From: an uncultured Pseudobdellovibrionaceae bacterium
GTDB taxonomy: Bacteria > Bdellovibrionota > FAC87 > UBA2466
DNA: 64,000 nucleotides
Reading direction: 5' to 3'
Assembly: GCA_964611895.1 (NCBI GenBank)
Contig: CAZTDN010000008.1
Location: 13,328-77,327 of the forward strand
A model generated the notes under the pieces. It was not told the origin of the DNA, did no database searches, and saw only the letters and a program-made list of their open reading frames with translations. The number at the start of each line of letters is the position of its first letter. Within the stretch, counting starts at the first letter, position 1. The translations under genes and the position numbers were made by a program. This document shows positions 1-9,647 of this stretch, piece after piece.

Positions 1-1047
1 GATCGGCTTTTGACTCTCATTTTTTTCATACCCAGACTTTGATGGCGACGCTGTTTTTTCTAGCGCTGGGCCAGTCGGCAGTTTTCCAGATTCAAAGAGC
101 TGCTGAAAATACGCGTAAGTAGCCCGCAACCCTTTATCCAGTTCCACTTGCGGCCGCCACCCCAAGAGCTTTGTAGCGAGCGAGATATCGGGCTGCCGGG
201 TTTTGGGATCGTCTTCAGGTAGGGGCATTTCGACAATGCGCAAAGACTTGCCACTCAAAGCAAGAATCCGCTCGGCGAACTGCCGGATGGTCATTTCCGC
301 AGGATTCCCCAGATTGATGGGCAACCCATAGTCACAGCCAAAAGCTCGGACAATGCCTTCCACTAGATCATCGACATAACAAAAACTGCGCGTCTGCGAT
401 CCCGTTCCGTAAACCGTAAGGTTTTCTCCACGCAATGCTTGCATGCAGAAGTTGGGAACCACTCGCCCGTCATTTGGCCGCATTCGCGGGCCATAAGTAT
501 TAAATATGCGAATGATCCGCGTTTGCACCCCATGCACTTTGCGATACGCCATGGTCAGCGCTTCTCCATAGCGCTTGGCTTCGTCGTAACAACTGCGTGC
601 TCCAATGGGATTGGAATTGCCCCAATAAGATTCTGGTTGCGGGTGTACGAGCGGATCGCCATAAACCTCAGAAGTCGAAGCAATCAGAATAGGACATTTT
701 TTATCACGCGCTAGGCGCAGCATGTTCTCTGTGCCCAGCGAACCCACCTGCAATGTCTCTATTGGAAGCTGGGCATAGTCCACGGGACTCGCAGGACATG
801 CAAAATGAAACACACCCGCAAAGCCACCTTCCCACCGTCGACTTTGCACAATATCGTGCTCTATGAACTCAAACTCTTGGCGTCCGAGCAATGCTCGAAT
901 GTTTTCACGATTCCCCGTGATAAAATTGTCGACGGCAACGACACGGGCGCCGGCTGATAGTATTTTTTCGCACAGATGTGAGCCAATAAACCCTGCCCCA
1001 CCCGAAACAAGGTAACGGGCCCCAGGTTCAAGGCGCGCCAAACTCAT
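1..1047 (-). CDS. UDP-glucuronate decarboxylase (UXS) / NAD-dependent epimerase-dehydratase; start codon at 1047, C-terminus runs off the left edge (partial)
   Basis: Hand translation from ATG at 1047: MSLARLEPGARYLVSGGAGFIGSHLCEKILSAGARVVAVDNFITGNRENI (Rossmann GGAGFIGSH motif), catalytic YDEAKRYGEAL (YxxxK), no stop before position 1. Its ATG overlaps the ugd stop (ATGA). Absent from the ORF track because it has no in-window stop. Confidence 0.8.
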   Translation of the reverse strand, partial: MSLARLEPGARYLVSGGAGFIGSHLCEKILSAGARVVAVDNFITGNRENIRALLGRQEFEFIEHDIVQSRRWEGGFAGVFHFACPASPVDYAQLPIETLQVGSLGTENMLRLARDKKCPILIASTSEVYGDPLVHPQPESYWGNSNPIGARSCYDEAKRYGEALTMAYRKVHGVQTRIIRIFNTYGPRMRPNDGRVVPNFCMQALRGENLTVYGTGSQTRSFCYVDDLVEGIVRAFGCDYGLPINLGNPAEMTIRQFAERILALSGKSLRIVEMPLPEDDPKTRQPDISLATKLLGWRPQVELDKGLRATYAYFQQLFESGKLPTGPALEKTASPSKSGYEKNESQKPI

Positions 1048-2387
1048 GTGAGATCGGGCTTTCCAATGCAATAGTACTGGAAGCCCTGTCGCTTGAGACT
1101 GTGGGGATTGTAGAGATTTCTACCATCGAAAATAACGGGACTCTGAAGATCATTTCCTAAGGCATCAAAATCCGGGGAACGGAACTCGTTCCACTCCGTC
1201 AATATCGCCAATGCGTCCGCCCCTTTCGTAGCAGCGTAAGCATTTTCAAAAAACTGCACCCGATCGCCAAATATTTTTTTAGCTTGGTCGGTGGCCACGG
1301 GATCATAGGCCTGCACCCGCGCCTTGCTCTCAATTAGGTGTTCGATGAGCGTCAACGACGGAGCTTCACGCATATCGTCTGTCTCTGGCTTGAACGAAAG
1401 ACCCCAAATCGCAAACGTTTTTCCTGCAAGATCCGACTTGAAGTGGCGCTTGATCTTATCGAAAAGAATCCTCTTCTGGCGCTGATTGACCGAGTCGACT
1501 TCCTCGAAAAGCTGAAGCGGCATTCCCAATTCTTTGCCTAAGTGAATCAGGGCTTTGACGTCTTTGGGGAAACAACTCCCCCCATACCCGCAGCCGGGGT
1601 ACAGAAACTTGTTCCCAATACGGCTATCAGTCACGATACCGGCTCGCACATCATGAATATTGGCGCCGGCCCGCTCCGCCAAAACAGCGATCTCGTTAAT
1701 AAACGAGATTTTCATCGCCAAAAAACTATTAGCGGCATACTTCGTCAATTCAGCCGAGCGATTGCTCATAAACAGCAAGGGACTGCCATTGCGCACAAAA
1801 GGCGCATAGAGATCGCTCATCAAGTCCCGGGCAGCCTGAGACTCGGTACCGATGATCACGCGCTCCGGCCTAAGAAAATCTGCAACCGCCGCCCCCTCTT
1901 TCAAGAACTCTGGGTTGGACACAACCTCTACCGCATGGCGGGAGCCGGTCAAAATTTCACGAACTTTATCCGCCGTCCCAACAGGGACAGTGCTCTTCAT
2001 CACCAGCACAATGGGATGGGTCAGACTCTCACGCACCGCTTCTACGGCTTTGACGACATATTGCATGTCTGACGCGCCGTCCTCCCCTTGAGGGGTTCCC
2101 ACGGCCACAAAAGCCACGTCACAGCTCGCGATGGCGGCAGCGATATCCGTGCTAAAACATAAGCGCCCAGCGGCAACATTGCTGCGAACCATCTCGTCTA
2201 GGCCGGGCTCGTAAAAGGGGACTTCTCCTCGGGAAAGCCGGTCTACTTTTTCTGCATCGATGTCGATGCACGTGACGTGGTTTCCGGAGCCCGAAAAGCA
2301 GGTCCCGGTGACCAGTCCCACATACCCTGTGCCTAATACGGTGACTTTCATTTGATTACTCGACCCCACTTTTTGATTGTGAGACAA
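1044..2387 (-). CDS. ugd: UDP-glucose 6-dehydrogenase
   Basis: 447 aa. N-terminal MKVTVLGTGYVGLVTGTCF NAD-binding fold, catalytic Cys region GGSCFPKD. Length typical of Ugd. Confidence 0.9.
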   Translation of the reverse strand: MSHNQKVGSSNQMKVTVLGTGYVGLVTGTCFSGSGNHVTCIDIDAEKVDRLSRGEVPFYEPGLDEMVRSNVAAGRLCFSTDIAAAIASCDVAFVAVGTPQGEDGASDMQYVVKAVEAVRESLTHPIVLVMKSTVPVGTADKVREILTGSRHAVEVVSNPEFLKEGAAVADFLRPERVIIGTESQAARDLMSDLYAPFVRNGSPLLFMSNRSAELTKYAANSFLAMKISFINEIAVLAERAGANIHDVRAGIVTDSRIGNKFLYPGCGYGGSCFPKDVKALIHLGKELGMPLQLFEEVDSVNQRQKRILFDKIKRHFKSDLAGKTFAIWGLSFKPETDDMREAPSLTLIEHLIESKARVQAYDPVATDQAKKIFGDRVQFFENAYAATKGADALAILTEWNEFRSPDFDALGNDLQSPVIFDGRNLYNPHSLKRQGFQYYCIGKPDLT

Positions 2388-2414
2388 GATTCTTGAATTT
2401 AGACTGCGCTACCA

Positions 2415-3404
2415 GTGAAGTCAAACCAACCCATCCGACACAAATCTCCTCGAGATAGCCTGTCATTAGCTCTGAAACTGGGCCTAGGGGCCCTGCTAAT
2501 CTTCTACGTGCTTCGGTCTCGGATGATTGATTTTAGCACGCTGGGCGGGATGCTTTTTTCACCAAGCAACCTGCTCATTGGCTTCGGGTTTTTGAGTTTT
2601 ATCACCCTTTGTTCGACCTGCCGGTGGTTTCTCCTATCCCGCGCACAAGGCCTTTCGCTGGATTTTTTTTCGATGTTTCAACTGACCATGATCGGGGTGT
2701 TTTTCAACACCTTCATGCCGGGTTCTGTAGGTGGAGACGTCATCAAAGCCTGGTACGTCGCGGGCCGAGAGCCAGACCGTAAAACCAAGGCCGTTTTTAC
2801 CGTTTTTATCGATCGTGCTATTGGGCTTTCGGTCTTCTTTTTTTATGCCGCCGTGACCTTGGTTTTTTATCATGGGTGGCTCGCCCATCATCCCCAGATG
2901 AAGTACCTTGCCTACGGAATATGGGCGTTTACGATCACAAGCGCACTGCTCATGAGCCTTTTTTTTGTGTCGGTCTCGTTCAAGCTTCCAGGCAGCGCGT
3001 GGATCAAGGCGCGCTTGCGCCAAGCGGGCGTGCTTTACCGAGTGTTTGAAGCCACGATCCTTTATCGCCACCACAGCAAAACTCTGGCTGCAGCGCTGGC
3101 CCTTTCGGCCGTTTCGATCTTTGGAAATACTTTGTTATTTAAACTACTGGGAGACACCTTGGGGATTCCGCTGACCTTACCCCAGTATTTCATCGTCGTT
3201 CCGATTGGCCTCACGGTTTCTGCCGCTCCTATTCTCCCCGGCGGCATTGGCGTAGGCCAGGTGGCCTTTTTTACCCTTTTTAAATGGGTGGGCTTGGAAA
3301 ACCCTCAGCAAGGGGCCACCCTCTACACTCTCATTCAGGTGTATACGATTTTGTTCAACTGCATGGGAGCCTTCTTCTACGTCCGGTTCCGACGCAAATG
3401 CTGA
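2415..3404 (+). CDS. Lysylphosphatidylglycerol-synthase-TM-like / UPF0104 flippase-like integral membrane protein
   Basis: 329 aa, about 8 predicted TM helices. Motif MPGSVGGDVIKAWY is typical of the LPG_synthase_TM (UPF0104) family that often accompanies glycosyltransferases. Confidence 0.6.
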   Translation: MKSNQPIRHKSPRDSLSLALKLGLGALLIFYVLRSRMIDFSTLGGMLFSPSNLLIGFGFLSFITLCSTCRWFLLSRAQGLSLDFFSMFQLTMIGVFFNTFMPGSVGGDVIKAWYVAGREPDRKTKAVFTVFIDRAIGLSVFFFYAAVTLVFYHGWLAHHPQMKYLAYGIWAFTITSALLMSLFFVSVSFKLPGSAWIKARLRQAGVLYRVFEATILYRHHSKTLAAALALSAVSIFGNTLLFKLLGDTLGIPLTLPQYFIVVPIGLTVSAAPILPGGIGVGQVAFFTLFKWVGLENPQQGATLYTLIQVYTILFNCMGAFFYVRFRRKC

Positions 3405-4126
3405 AATCTCGCGCAATCGTTTTGTCCCGAGAAAACTTTGGAGAAGCAGATCGATACATCCAGCTGTTTTCTCGAGACTGGGGACTCATCTCTGTTTTGG
3501 CCAAGTCCGCTCGAAAAAGTAAGCGCCGCTACGTGGGGGGCATGGACCTTTTCTGCCACAACGAAATCGTATTGCGCGGCGACCCTCGTGGAAAACCCTA
3601 CCTGGTTGAACTCACTGTTTTGAACTCTTTTACAGGGCTTAGAGAGGACCTCGATCGCCTGGTTGTGGCTGGAAAAGCCGCTCAGTGGGTGCGTCGCCTT
3701 TCCAATACGGCCGTGGCAATGCCCGGAGTCTACAGTTTGTTAGGACAGACTCTAGCTTTAATCGAAAAAACCGAAACGGAACGCTTGCCACTATTGCAGC
3801 TCATATTTCAAATCAAGTTTCTCGATCAGATCGGCCTCAAACCACGAATGGATGCTTGTGCTAAATGTTCCGAAGCGCTCGACAACGCAGCGGGTGTTTT
3901 TGATATCGATGCAGGAGGCCTTCTCTGTCGCCCTTGTCTGGGCGAAAGGACCGTCGCCCACTCCATGCGACTGGGAGAAGCAGAACAAGCATTGCTTGCC
4001 CAAGGTGAACGCCTCAAACTCACGCTATGGGATCAGTTTCAATTTCCGACCGATTCCACACGGAACCTTCTCCGACTCACCACCCAGTTTGCATCCTTTC
4101 ACACGCAGACACAGCTGCCGCATTAG
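3398..4126 (+). CDS. recO: DNA repair protein RecO
   Basis: MLKSRAIVLSRENFGEADRYIQLFSRDWGLISVLAKSARKSKRRY (RecO N-terminal OB fold) and a C-terminal Cys cluster CAKCSE...CRPC (zinc motif). ATG at 3398 overlaps the upstream stop (ATGCTGA). Confidence 0.8.
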   Translation: MLKSRAIVLSRENFGEADRYIQLFSRDWGLISVLAKSARKSKRRYVGGMDLFCHNEIVLRGDPRGKPYLVELTVLNSFTGLREDLDRLVVAGKAAQWVRRLSNTAVAMPGVYSLLGQTLALIEKTETERLPLLQLIFQIKFLDQIGLKPRMDACAKCSEALDNAAGVFDIDAGGLLCRPCLGERTVAHSMRLGEAEQALLAQGERLKLTLWDQFQFPTDSTRNLLRLTTQFASFHTQTQLPH

Positions 4127-5808
4127 TGATTTGGAAAAATCGCCGCTCTGCGCGCCTTGGCACCTGAGCTCACGTAGCGATAGTACGCCACGCCGATAAA
4201 CGCGATCTGCGCCAGAGCGTAGATCGACACATAGCCAGTGCCACCAGCGCCAAACCCATAAGAATGCAACCCTGCACCCAACACAAAATTGACTCCGTAC
4301 CAGGCCATCAAAACACCCAGAAACGACAACACGGCGGTTGCAGCAAAGCCGAACCCGCGCAACCACCCAGCAAAGCGCCCGTGGAGCACGGCCAAATAAA
4401 GCAACAAAGCTATCAGCGCCCAGACTTCCTTGGGGTCCCATCCCCAGAACCTACCCCAAGAATAATCTGCCCAGACACCCCCGAGGATTGTACCCGCTGC
4501 CAAAAGCACCACCCCGATTTGAATAGATCGGTACATGTACAAAGTTGCAAACTGAATGGACTCCGTTTTCTTTGGACGAAAGACGAACGTGCCCAACACC
4601 ACATTCCCCAAGCACAGCGATAGGGCAAACGCCGCATAGCTCAATGTAATGGTCAGCACGTGGATTGTGAGCCAGAAGTTGCTTCTCAATACTGGCTCCA
4701 GCGGCTGTATGCTGGGATCCAAAACCGAAGGCAGCGTGTCAGCTAAAACTAGGGCAACAATGGAAAACACCGATGCAGCAGCCGGAATCAAAGCCCGCCT
4801 GTAGGAAGCTCCAATAAAGAATGAGAAAAGCACGCAGCCCCAGCTCACCCAAATGACAGACTCGTACATATTGGTCACAGGCGGGCGCCCTGATATCAAC
4901 ATCCGCAAAACAAAACCAAGCGTGTGAATCGAAAAACCCAGAGCTAAAATGGCGGTTCCTACCCACTGCCAAAGTTTTACCGAAGTCACCAGGAATGCCG
5001 CCAACATTACAAACGCAATCAAATACGCCACCCATGCCCAACGAAACGGACGGAAGTGATTGTACAAGTATTCCCGTTTTAGCTCTGTAGCAGTGGGGTA
5101 CCCTTGTTGTACCAACCCGGTAGCCAACGCCCCCGCCAATTCCACACTCGCTTTGTTCCATTGCTCACCACTCTGTTTGGAGAATGCCTCCACCATCTGA
5201 GAGATGGGGCGTCGGACTGTTTCCACTGTAGCAGCGTTGTAGGGCAAAGGTTCCGCGGGATCATTAAGAGAGGCCAAAGACAACCAAGGGTCCTGAGTTC
5301 CGGTGGGCGGCGGGAGGACATTAAAAACCTGACCCGTGACCATCGCTTCGACCAAACCTAGCTGATTGTGAACATCGAGAAACTTCTTATCTAATGGCGA
5401 CAATCGATCACCCGATCGTTGTTTCTGCAAAGTCTCACGAATAGCGCTCTGCAGTTGAACGTTGTCCTTGAGTTCCTTGGGAGAAAAAAACTGCCTCCCC
5501 GCGTCTAAACCAGCCTTTTCTTTGAGTGGTCCATAGGCAACCCTCACAAAACGCTCGCTGGACCATTCAGTTTCGTAAGCCAACAACCAACCGAAAACGA
5601 CTTCGACCGCGGACAAACCGTTCCACTGGGTTTTGCCTGTGATAAATTGCACGCTTTCGATCGCGAAGGTATCCAACGGCTTGAGCCTGCCTCGGTCCTG
5701 AATAGCGTAAAGAGAGACGGCCTCCCAATCAAACCCCTCACGTGCCTTCGGGCCTGCTTCAGCGACCGTTCCCCATAAGAGAACTAAACTCATCAGTGTC
5801 TTCATCAA
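4123..5808 (-). CDS. ccsA: Cytochrome c biogenesis protein CcsA/ResC (System II haem handling, WWD domain)
   Basis: 561 aa polytopic membrane protein. Trp-rich WWD signature WADYSWGRFWGWDPKEVWAL; conserved His residues in flanking TM segments. Confidence 0.85.
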   Translation of the reverse strand: MMKTLMSLVLLWGTVAEAGPKAREGFDWEAVSLYAIQDRGRLKPLDTFAIESVQFITGKTQWNGLSAVEVVFGWLLAYETEWSSERFVRVAYGPLKEKAGLDAGRQFFSPKELKDNVQLQSAIRETLQKQRSGDRLSPLDKKFLDVHNQLGLVEAMVTGQVFNVLPPPTGTQDPWLSLASLNDPAEPLPYNAATVETVRRPISQMVEAFSKQSGEQWNKASVELAGALATGLVQQGYPTATELKREYLYNHFRPFRWAWVAYLIAFVMLAAFLVTSVKLWQWVGTAILALGFSIHTLGFVLRMLISGRPPVTNMYESVIWVSWGCVLFSFFIGASYRRALIPAAASVFSIVALVLADTLPSVLDPSIQPLEPVLRSNFWLTIHVLTITLSYAAFALSLCLGNVVLGTFVFRPKKTESIQFATLYMYRSIQIGVVLLAAGTILGGVWADYSWGRFWGWDPKEVWALIALLLYLAVLHGRFAGWLRGFGFAATAVLSFLGVLMAWYGVNFVLGAGLHSYGFGAGGTGYVSIYALAQIAFIGVAYYRYVSSGAKARRAAIFPNH

Positions 5809-7610
5809 CGTTTTCCTCCCACCAAGATGCTCCAGTAATGCGGGTTCATTAGGAACATCACCACAATCCCTAGCACCATGAGGATACTCCCCGCGTACTT
5901 AACCCAGCGGCCAGGATCGTAATTTACGCTGAAGACCGAGAGCGGTGGTTCACCTTCACGCATCTGATAACTCGCTTGATAGAATGTGTAACCTCCGTAT
6001 TTCAGTGGTTCATTCATGCTAATGTGGGCCTCCGGCTCCTTCGTGTTGCCTGGGTCTTTTACAATGACATCACTCTCGTAGGACGCCGCTTTGGTCGTAC
6101 CGGGATCCGTTTGCATGGTGAACTTCTTCAGGTGAATCTGAAACGGTAATTTCAGGCGGTCTTTTTCAAACCGCAAATCTAAGATACGATCTCCCATAGA
6201 GACACCTACCGAAGCGCCTTCCGGAAGCCACCAATCTTCGGGGGAGAGCGCCCCATTGGCGAGCTCTCTTTTTATATGTAAGGCCGAGCCAAAATTTTCC
6301 GCACCGACAATCTGATCCACGTACACAGGCAGGTCCTTCTGAATTGCGGCCGGCAACCACTTCTGCACCCGAAACTGCAGATCCATCCAACCTGTTGCTA
6401 CTGCTTTGCCAAGTTCCACTTTCCCCTGACTCAGTAGTTTTCCACCCTTTCCCTCGATGCGGTACAAGAGTTGTTGATCATTTTCGGCTTGAGCAAAGTG
6501 CAGCTTTCCGCGAAAACCGCCCGTGTCGTTGGGGGCTGGGGCGAACATTTTTAGGTCTACTCCAAAGGGCCTCACCGTCTCTTGTCCGGCGGTATGCTGC
6601 TTTGAAAACTCCGGAAAGCGAGAAAAAAGTGTGTGCCGCTCCTCTTGACCTTCGGCGTTCTTGAGCCGCAGCTGCACACAGGGGTTGACCAGCTCGGCGC
6701 TGCGGTTCACCAGACGATTGTTTTCTACAACTGCGTAGGTAAAATATTTTTCGATATAAACTGAGTACCCAGTGGACGCCACGGGCACCCAAGCGTTAAG
6801 TGCAGTGCGTATGTCTACTCTATAGGTTTTGCCAGCGATTTGAACTTGAACGTACCCCTTGCTCAAAGCGGGCGGAGGAACAAGTGCTTTCCCCGACTGA
6901 AAACTCGCCAAATCCCGCGCATTCCAGACCTTGCGAAACGTCAGCAAGGCAGGGCCGAGATTAACCTCGTTGGGAACGTCGATATTTTTCGCCAAGAGCC
7001 ACTCGCTGGTATCGAAACGGGAATTGAATAATTCCACCTGCAATGCTGGCACCCCAATGCCGGTAGAGGAAGGTTCTACTCCGCCTAGAACACGAGCTCG
7101 TGGAAAATATTCGTCTACAACGAGCTTTTCTCCTGTCGGCAGATCGACTTGGAGCAATCTCCCCTTTCGGGAACGTGCGGAATCGATTATTGGGAACGAT
7201 TGGCTCTTTCCAGCCTCCGCGTCCCCAAGAGTAAGCTGGTAATTGTTTAATACGACTTCGGAGTCTGATTGCCCCTCAACAACCGGCAAGTTTCCATCAA
7301 CGCCAAAACGCAGCGTCAAAAACGAGCCAAACAGAATCACTAAAATTCCCGCGTGGGTAACGACAAAGCCTGTCTGGTGTGGCTTCCACGGAAACCGGGA
7401 GAGCGCCGCGCAAAATACATTTACCGCTAATACGACGAGCAGAGCATAGAACCAAAGCCGCCCATAGACGAGTGCGTGCGCACCACGCATCCCATAGAGC
7501 GACTCCGCCACTGTGGCGACCGCAAGGACAATGGCCAAAGTCAGGATGGTGATCACCGCCAATTGCAAGGAAGAGAAAAATCGGAACAGTGGGTAGGATT
7601 TCCATTTCAT
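5805..7610 (-). CDS. ccsB: Cytochrome c biogenesis protein CcsB/ResB (Ccs1)
   Basis: 601 aa. N-terminal TM segments with KPHQTGFVVTHAGILVILFG (ResB signature), a large periplasmic domain and a C-terminal TM. 4-nt overlap with ccsA. Confidence 0.8.
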   Translation of the reverse strand: MKWKSYPLFRFFSSLQLAVITILTLAIVLAVATVAESLYGMRGAHALVYGRLWFYALLVVLAVNVFCAALSRFPWKPHQTGFVVTHAGILVILFGSFLTLRFGVDGNLPVVEGQSDSEVVLNNYQLTLGDAEAGKSQSFPIIDSARSRKGRLLQVDLPTGEKLVVDEYFPRARVLGGVEPSSTGIGVPALQVELFNSRFDTSEWLLAKNIDVPNEVNLGPALLTFRKVWNARDLASFQSGKALVPPPALSKGYVQVQIAGKTYRVDIRTALNAWVPVASTGYSVYIEKYFTYAVVENNRLVNRSAELVNPCVQLRLKNAEGQEERHTLFSRFPEFSKQHTAGQETVRPFGVDLKMFAPAPNDTGGFRGKLHFAQAENDQQLLYRIEGKGGKLLSQGKVELGKAVATGWMDLQFRVQKWLPAAIQKDLPVYVDQIVGAENFGSALHIKRELANGALSPEDWWLPEGASVGVSMGDRILDLRFEKDRLKLPFQIHLKKFTMQTDPGTTKAASYESDVIVKDPGNTKEPEAHISMNEPLKYGGYTFYQASYQMREGEPPLSVFSVNYDPGRWVKYAGSILMVLGIVVMFLMNPHYWSILVGGKR

Positions 7611-8449
7611 AAAAGTTCAATCTCCACTCCACCAGCTTGGAACTTAGTGTGGCCATCCCAAAAGTTCCTATAAACAAAAGCCAACCCCCGAGCAAATCGA
7701 TCCTTTTCTGGACTGGGGACGATCGATTGAAGCACTGCAGCTTTCTTACCCTCATGCACAAATTCAAGAGGAAGAACGCCCTGCAGGTACTCTCCGCGCA
7801 CTTCGACCGGAAACAGTTTTCGATTCACTTGTCCATAGGTAAAAATCCGTTCAACCACCTCTTGCCCTGGGTAGCAGCCCTTATTGCGATCTACGGCTTT
7901 TTCCAAACCGGCTTCCAGAACCATTACCGTGGAATCAATTTCGACCCCCACCCGTGCAAATCCCACAGACACCAGGTAGTAGTTTAACCACTGCTCGGTA
8001 AAATGCCCCTCTGGCGCGGGCACCTCCTGCATTGGCACGTGACACCACGAAACCGCTCGAGAAAACGGGTCATTCCACTCCAAGCCGGGCACTGAAACAA
8101 CCCCACTCCGTGCAAAAAGCCTCCAATCTGTAGAGACATCTTTGAACTCTAAATTCTCAGCAAAATGGTATCGCTCCAAATGCTCCAAAGCCGCTGCCGC
8201 GTTGCCCTGCGGGACGCAAAAATAAAACCCGTCAGAATGGGCTCGAAAAAAACCCAAAGCCACCACACCCGATCGTGCAGTCAAGAACGCCCCGAGACGG
8301 ACGGCGCTTGGATCCCAGTTTTTAAAGCTTAGGGTTGTCAGCCGATTGAGAAAATCCGCTGCGTCCGGCCCTTGAATAGAAAGCGTGGCCCAATCCAATC
8401 CCAATCGTCCAGCAGGAAGACTCAGCGCGCTTTCTTGCATGAGGGGCAC
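7607..8449 (-). CDS. YgfZ/GcvT-like folate-binding protein (Fe-S cluster repair/assembly factor family)
   Basis: 280 aa. KGCYPGQE motif characteristic of the YgfZ/aminomethyltransferase folate-binding fold. Overlaps ccsB by 4 nt. Confidence 0.65.
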   Translation of the reverse strand: MPLMQESALSLPAGRLGLDWATLSIQGPDAADFLNRLTTLSFKNWDPSAVRLGAFLTARSGVVALGFFRAHSDGFYFCVPQGNAAAALEHLERYHFAENLEFKDVSTDWRLFARSGVVSVPGLEWNDPFSRAVSWCHVPMQEVPAPEGHFTEQWLNYYLVSVGFARVGVEIDSTVMVLEAGLEKAVDRNKGCYPGQEVVERIFTYGQVNRKLFPVEVRGEYLQGVLPLEFVHEGKKAAVLQSIVPSPEKDRFARGLAFVYRNFWDGHTKFQAGGVEIELL

Positions 8450-8751
8450 TCACAGGTCTTGCGGAGCGAGTCGAAAGTATAAAAACCCGTGTCATGCCCA
8501 TCCGACCAAACAAATCGCAGGGCATACCGCCCTACAGATTCAATGCGCTTAGGTCTAATGTCTGCTGGAACCTTCTCGTCGTCCAAAATTTTTTCGCGCG
8601 TCCATTCATCCACGCAATGAGCGCATCGGCAATTCAGGCGCAAGCTGCGCACCCGATAAAAAGAACAGTGCCCATCGCTCCACACTATACCGAGATTGGA
8701 CGGGCTAAGCTGCTTGAGTTCAACGGGAACGACGTCTGCCATTATTGCCAC
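8422..8751 (-). CDS. DUF971 family protein (gamma-butyrobetaine hydroxylase-like N-terminal domain)
   Basis: 109 aa. Duplicated W-SDGH-S-Y ... LR..C.CA.C motif (VWSDGHCSFYRVRSLRLNCRCAHC; FVWSDGHDTGFYTFDSLRKTCECPSC). A classic neighbour of Mrp/ApbC. Confidence 0.6.
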   Translation of the reverse strand: MAIMADVVPVELKQLSPSNLGIVWSDGHCSFYRVRSLRLNCRCAHCVDEWTREKILDDEKVPADIRPKRIESVGRYALRFVWSDGHDTGFYTFDSLRKTCECPSCKKAR

Positions 8752-9536
8752 TCCAAGTTGAGCGATTGAAAATGATTTCCCGCGCCGACTTGTAAGCTAT
8801 CCAAGCGCGATACCACCTGATCGGCAATTTGGGAAAACTCCACAGCGGCAGGGGAGGATGGCTCGACCTGAATAATAGGCCGCCCCTTATCCCCACTCAC
8901 AACGATAGAAGACTGCAAAGGCACGGAGCCCAAAAAGGGAACTTGAAACTGGTCCGCCAAGACCCTCCCTCCGCCAGCGCCAAATACCTCTCCCGACATA
9001 TTTTCGACGACGCCTAAAATCGGCACTTTGACGTTCTGGAACATCATCAAACCTTTGCGAGCGTCAGCCAAACTCACTGCTTGGGGAGTTGTAACGATAA
9101 TGGCACCGGATAACGGCGCATTTTGGCTGATAGTCAGCTGCGCATCACCGGTTCCTGGGGGCATATCAATAAATAAATAGTCCAACTCTCCCCAATCTAC
9201 CTGGGTCAGAAACTGAGTCAGCGCTCCGTGTACCATGGGGCCTCGCCAAACCACCGGTTGATCGTCTGGGATCAAAAAACCCATCGACATGACCTTCACA
9301 CCGTCTTTGACCAGAGGAGTAACATGTGTCTCGGTAGCATCCGGTTTTTGATCTAACCCGACCATCAAAGGAAGGCTTGGCCCATAAATATCGGCGTCGA
9401 GAAGCCCGACTTTATGCCCAAGCTTAGCCAACGCAAACGCGAGGTTGGTGGTAACTGTGCTCTTGCCCACCCCGCCTTTGCCGCTGGCGACAGCAATTAA
9501 GTTGCGAACGGAGGGCATGGCGATTCGTTGTGACAT
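8742..9536 (-). CDS. mrp: Mrp/ApbC/NBP35-family iron-sulfur cluster carrier ATPase
   Basis: 264 aa. Deviant Walker A AVASGKGGVGKST, CxxC-containing ParA/MinD fold. Start may be the internal M (MPSVRN). Confidence 0.9.
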   Translation of the reverse strand: MSQRIAMPSVRNLIAVASGKGGVGKSTVTTNLAFALAKLGHKVGLLDADIYGPSLPLMVGLDQKPDATETHVTPLVKDGVKVMSMGFLIPDDQPVVWRGPMVHGALTQFLTQVDWGELDYLFIDMPPGTGDAQLTISQNAPLSGAIIVTTPQAVSLADARKGLMMFQNVKVPILGVVENMSGEVFGAGGGRVLADQFQVPFLGSVPLQSSIVVSGDKGRPIIQVEPSSPAAVEFSQIADQVVSRLDSLQVGAGNHFQSLNLEWQ

Positions 9537-9647
9537 AAGTACCTCAGTTAGAAAGTCCTACATTTCTAGCCCTAATGTAACCAAAAGGCAAAAAAAGCGC
9601 CGGAGAGTTCCCTTGCAAAGTCGAGTCAGCGCACGCTAAAAACACGC

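Noticed and set aside
60-254. 64-aa ORF on the minus strand at the left edge
   Set aside because: It lies out of frame inside the long UXS reading frame (1..1047) that I translated by hand and that carries GGAGFIGSH and YDEAKR motifs. It is a spurious overlapping ORF.
1338-2091. Plus-strand ORFs of 67, 176 and 79 aa
   Set aside because: They are antisense to the well-supported ugd gene. No RBS, no motifs. A typical GC-rich antisense artefact.
2634-3416. Minus-strand ORFs (146, 61, 79 aa) and a plus-strand 69-aa ORF
   Set aside because: They are embedded in or antisense to the UPF0104 membrane protein and recO. Their composition (Arg/Lys-rich) is typical of out-of-frame reading.
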